The notes beneath the pieces are model-generated. The model was not told the DNA's origin. It made no database searches and saw only the letters and a list, made by a program, of their open reading frames with translations. Shown here one piece after another: positions 63,219 through 64,000 of a stretch of DNA of 64,000 nt. Both the position numbers and the translations under genes were made by a program. Numbering within the stretch: the first letter of the stretch is position 1; each line of letters starts with the position of its first letter. This DNA is from an uncultured Ornithinimicrobium sp. Lineage in GTDB: Bacteria > Actinomycetota > Actinomycetes > Actinomycetales > Dermatophilaceae. The stretch lies in NCBI GenBank assembly GCA_964581125.1, contig CAZONQ010000002.1, positions 1,147 to 65,146 of the forward strand, given 5' to 3'.

Positions 63219-64000
63219 ATGAGCGAAACCGCGGACACCGGCGCCCAACGGCTCCTCCTCCTCGACAGCGCGAGCCTCTACTTCCGCGCCTTCTTCGGGG
63301 TCAAGGACCTGCGCGAGGCGCCGGACGGCACCCCGACCAACGCCGTCCGCGGCTTCCTCGACATGATCGGCACGCTCGTCACCCGCTTCTCGCCCACGCA
63401 CCTCGTCGCGTGCTGGGACAACGACTGGCGGCCCGACTTCCGCGTGCAGGCCATCCCCTCCTACAAGGCGCACCGCCTCGTGCCGGGCACGCAGGACAAG
63501 GAGGAGGCGCCGCCCGAGCTCGAGGCCCAGGTGCCGATCATCCGCCGGGCCCTCGACTCCTTCGGCATCCCGGTGCTGGGTTCGGACGGCTACGAGGCCG
63601 ACGACGTCATCGGCACGCTCACGCACCGGCACCGCGGCCGCGGACCGGTCGCGGTCGTCACCGGCGACCGCGACCTCTTCCAGCTCGTCGACGACGCCGC
63701 CGACGTCACCGTCGTCTACACCGCCCGCGCCGGGGTCCGGGACGCCGAGGTGATCCGCGAGGCCGACCTGCAGGAGCGGTATGGGGTGTCCACCGGTCCG
63801 CAGTACGCCGACATGGCGACGCTCCGGGGGGACACGAGCGACGGGCTGCCCGGCGTGAAGGGCATCGGTGACAAGACGGCGGCCCAGCTCATCACCACCT
63901 ACGGCTCGCTGGCGGGCCTGCGCGAGGCCGTCGCCTCCGGCGACCCGGCGATCAAGGGCGCCCGCCGCGCCAACCTGGAGGCGGCGGCGGCCTACCTCGA
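63219..64000 (+). CDS. 5'-3' exonuclease / flap endonuclease (3' truncated by window)
   Basis: Not in the ORF track; translates to LLLDSASLYFRAFFG, PTNAVRGFLDMI, SYKAHR, GYEADDVIGTL, VTGDRDL.QL, LRGDTSDGLPGVKGIGDKTA. Confidence 0.93.
   Translation, partial: MSETADTGAQRLLLLDSASLYFRAFFGVKDLREAPDGTPTNAVRGFLDMIGTLVTRFSPTHLVACWDNDWRPDFRVQAIPSYKAHRLVPGTQDKEEAPPELEAQVPIIRRALDSFGIPVLGSDGYEADDVIGTLTHRHRGRGPVAVVTGDRDLFQLVDDAADVTVVYTARAGVRDAEVIREADLQERYGVSTGPQYADMATLRGDTSDGLPGVKGIGDKTAAQLITTYGSLAGLREAVASGDPAIKGARRANLEAAAAYL

Overview
High-GC actinobacterial chromosome segment (Micrococcales; Ornithinimicrobiaceae/Intrasporangiaceae-like by inference) that appears to span the replication terminus. Left part, mostly + strand: the tail of a his operon of gammaproteobacterial (Xanthomonadales-like) type (hisC, fused hisNB, hisH, hisA, hisF, fused hisIE), xerD, a Leu/Phe/Val dehydrogenase plus NTF2 pair, the parA-scpA-scpB-rluB-cmk-sseA-sufE-der operon, tRNA-Pro(GGG), and the conserved pgsA2-DUF881-gcvH-garA-MerR-gcvP block with a glycine riboswitch. 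Centre: a canonical actinobacterial dif site (38750-38777). A second, partial dif copy lies 686 bp away in direct orientation, and the two bracket one alpha/beta-hydrolase gene almost exactly: its ATG lies inside the XerD arm of the second site and its stop codon touches the XerC arm of dif. This candidate Xer-captured single-gene cassette is the most striking observation. Right part: YcaQ/AlkZ glycosylase and ssb paralogue, rbpA-fxsA-ppm1-lnt, a candidate sRNA under a near-consensus sigma-A promoter, a beta-lysine (kamA/kdd/kamDE/kal) cluster wrapped around an amidohydrolase, a class II UvrA, YbaK, Lrp, DUF2249 and a 5'-3' exonuclease. Three intergenic repeats share CC(C/T)GTGCA termini, and one has been amplified into a 5-copy tandem array. 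Functional calls come from motif recognition and recall; no database searches were run.
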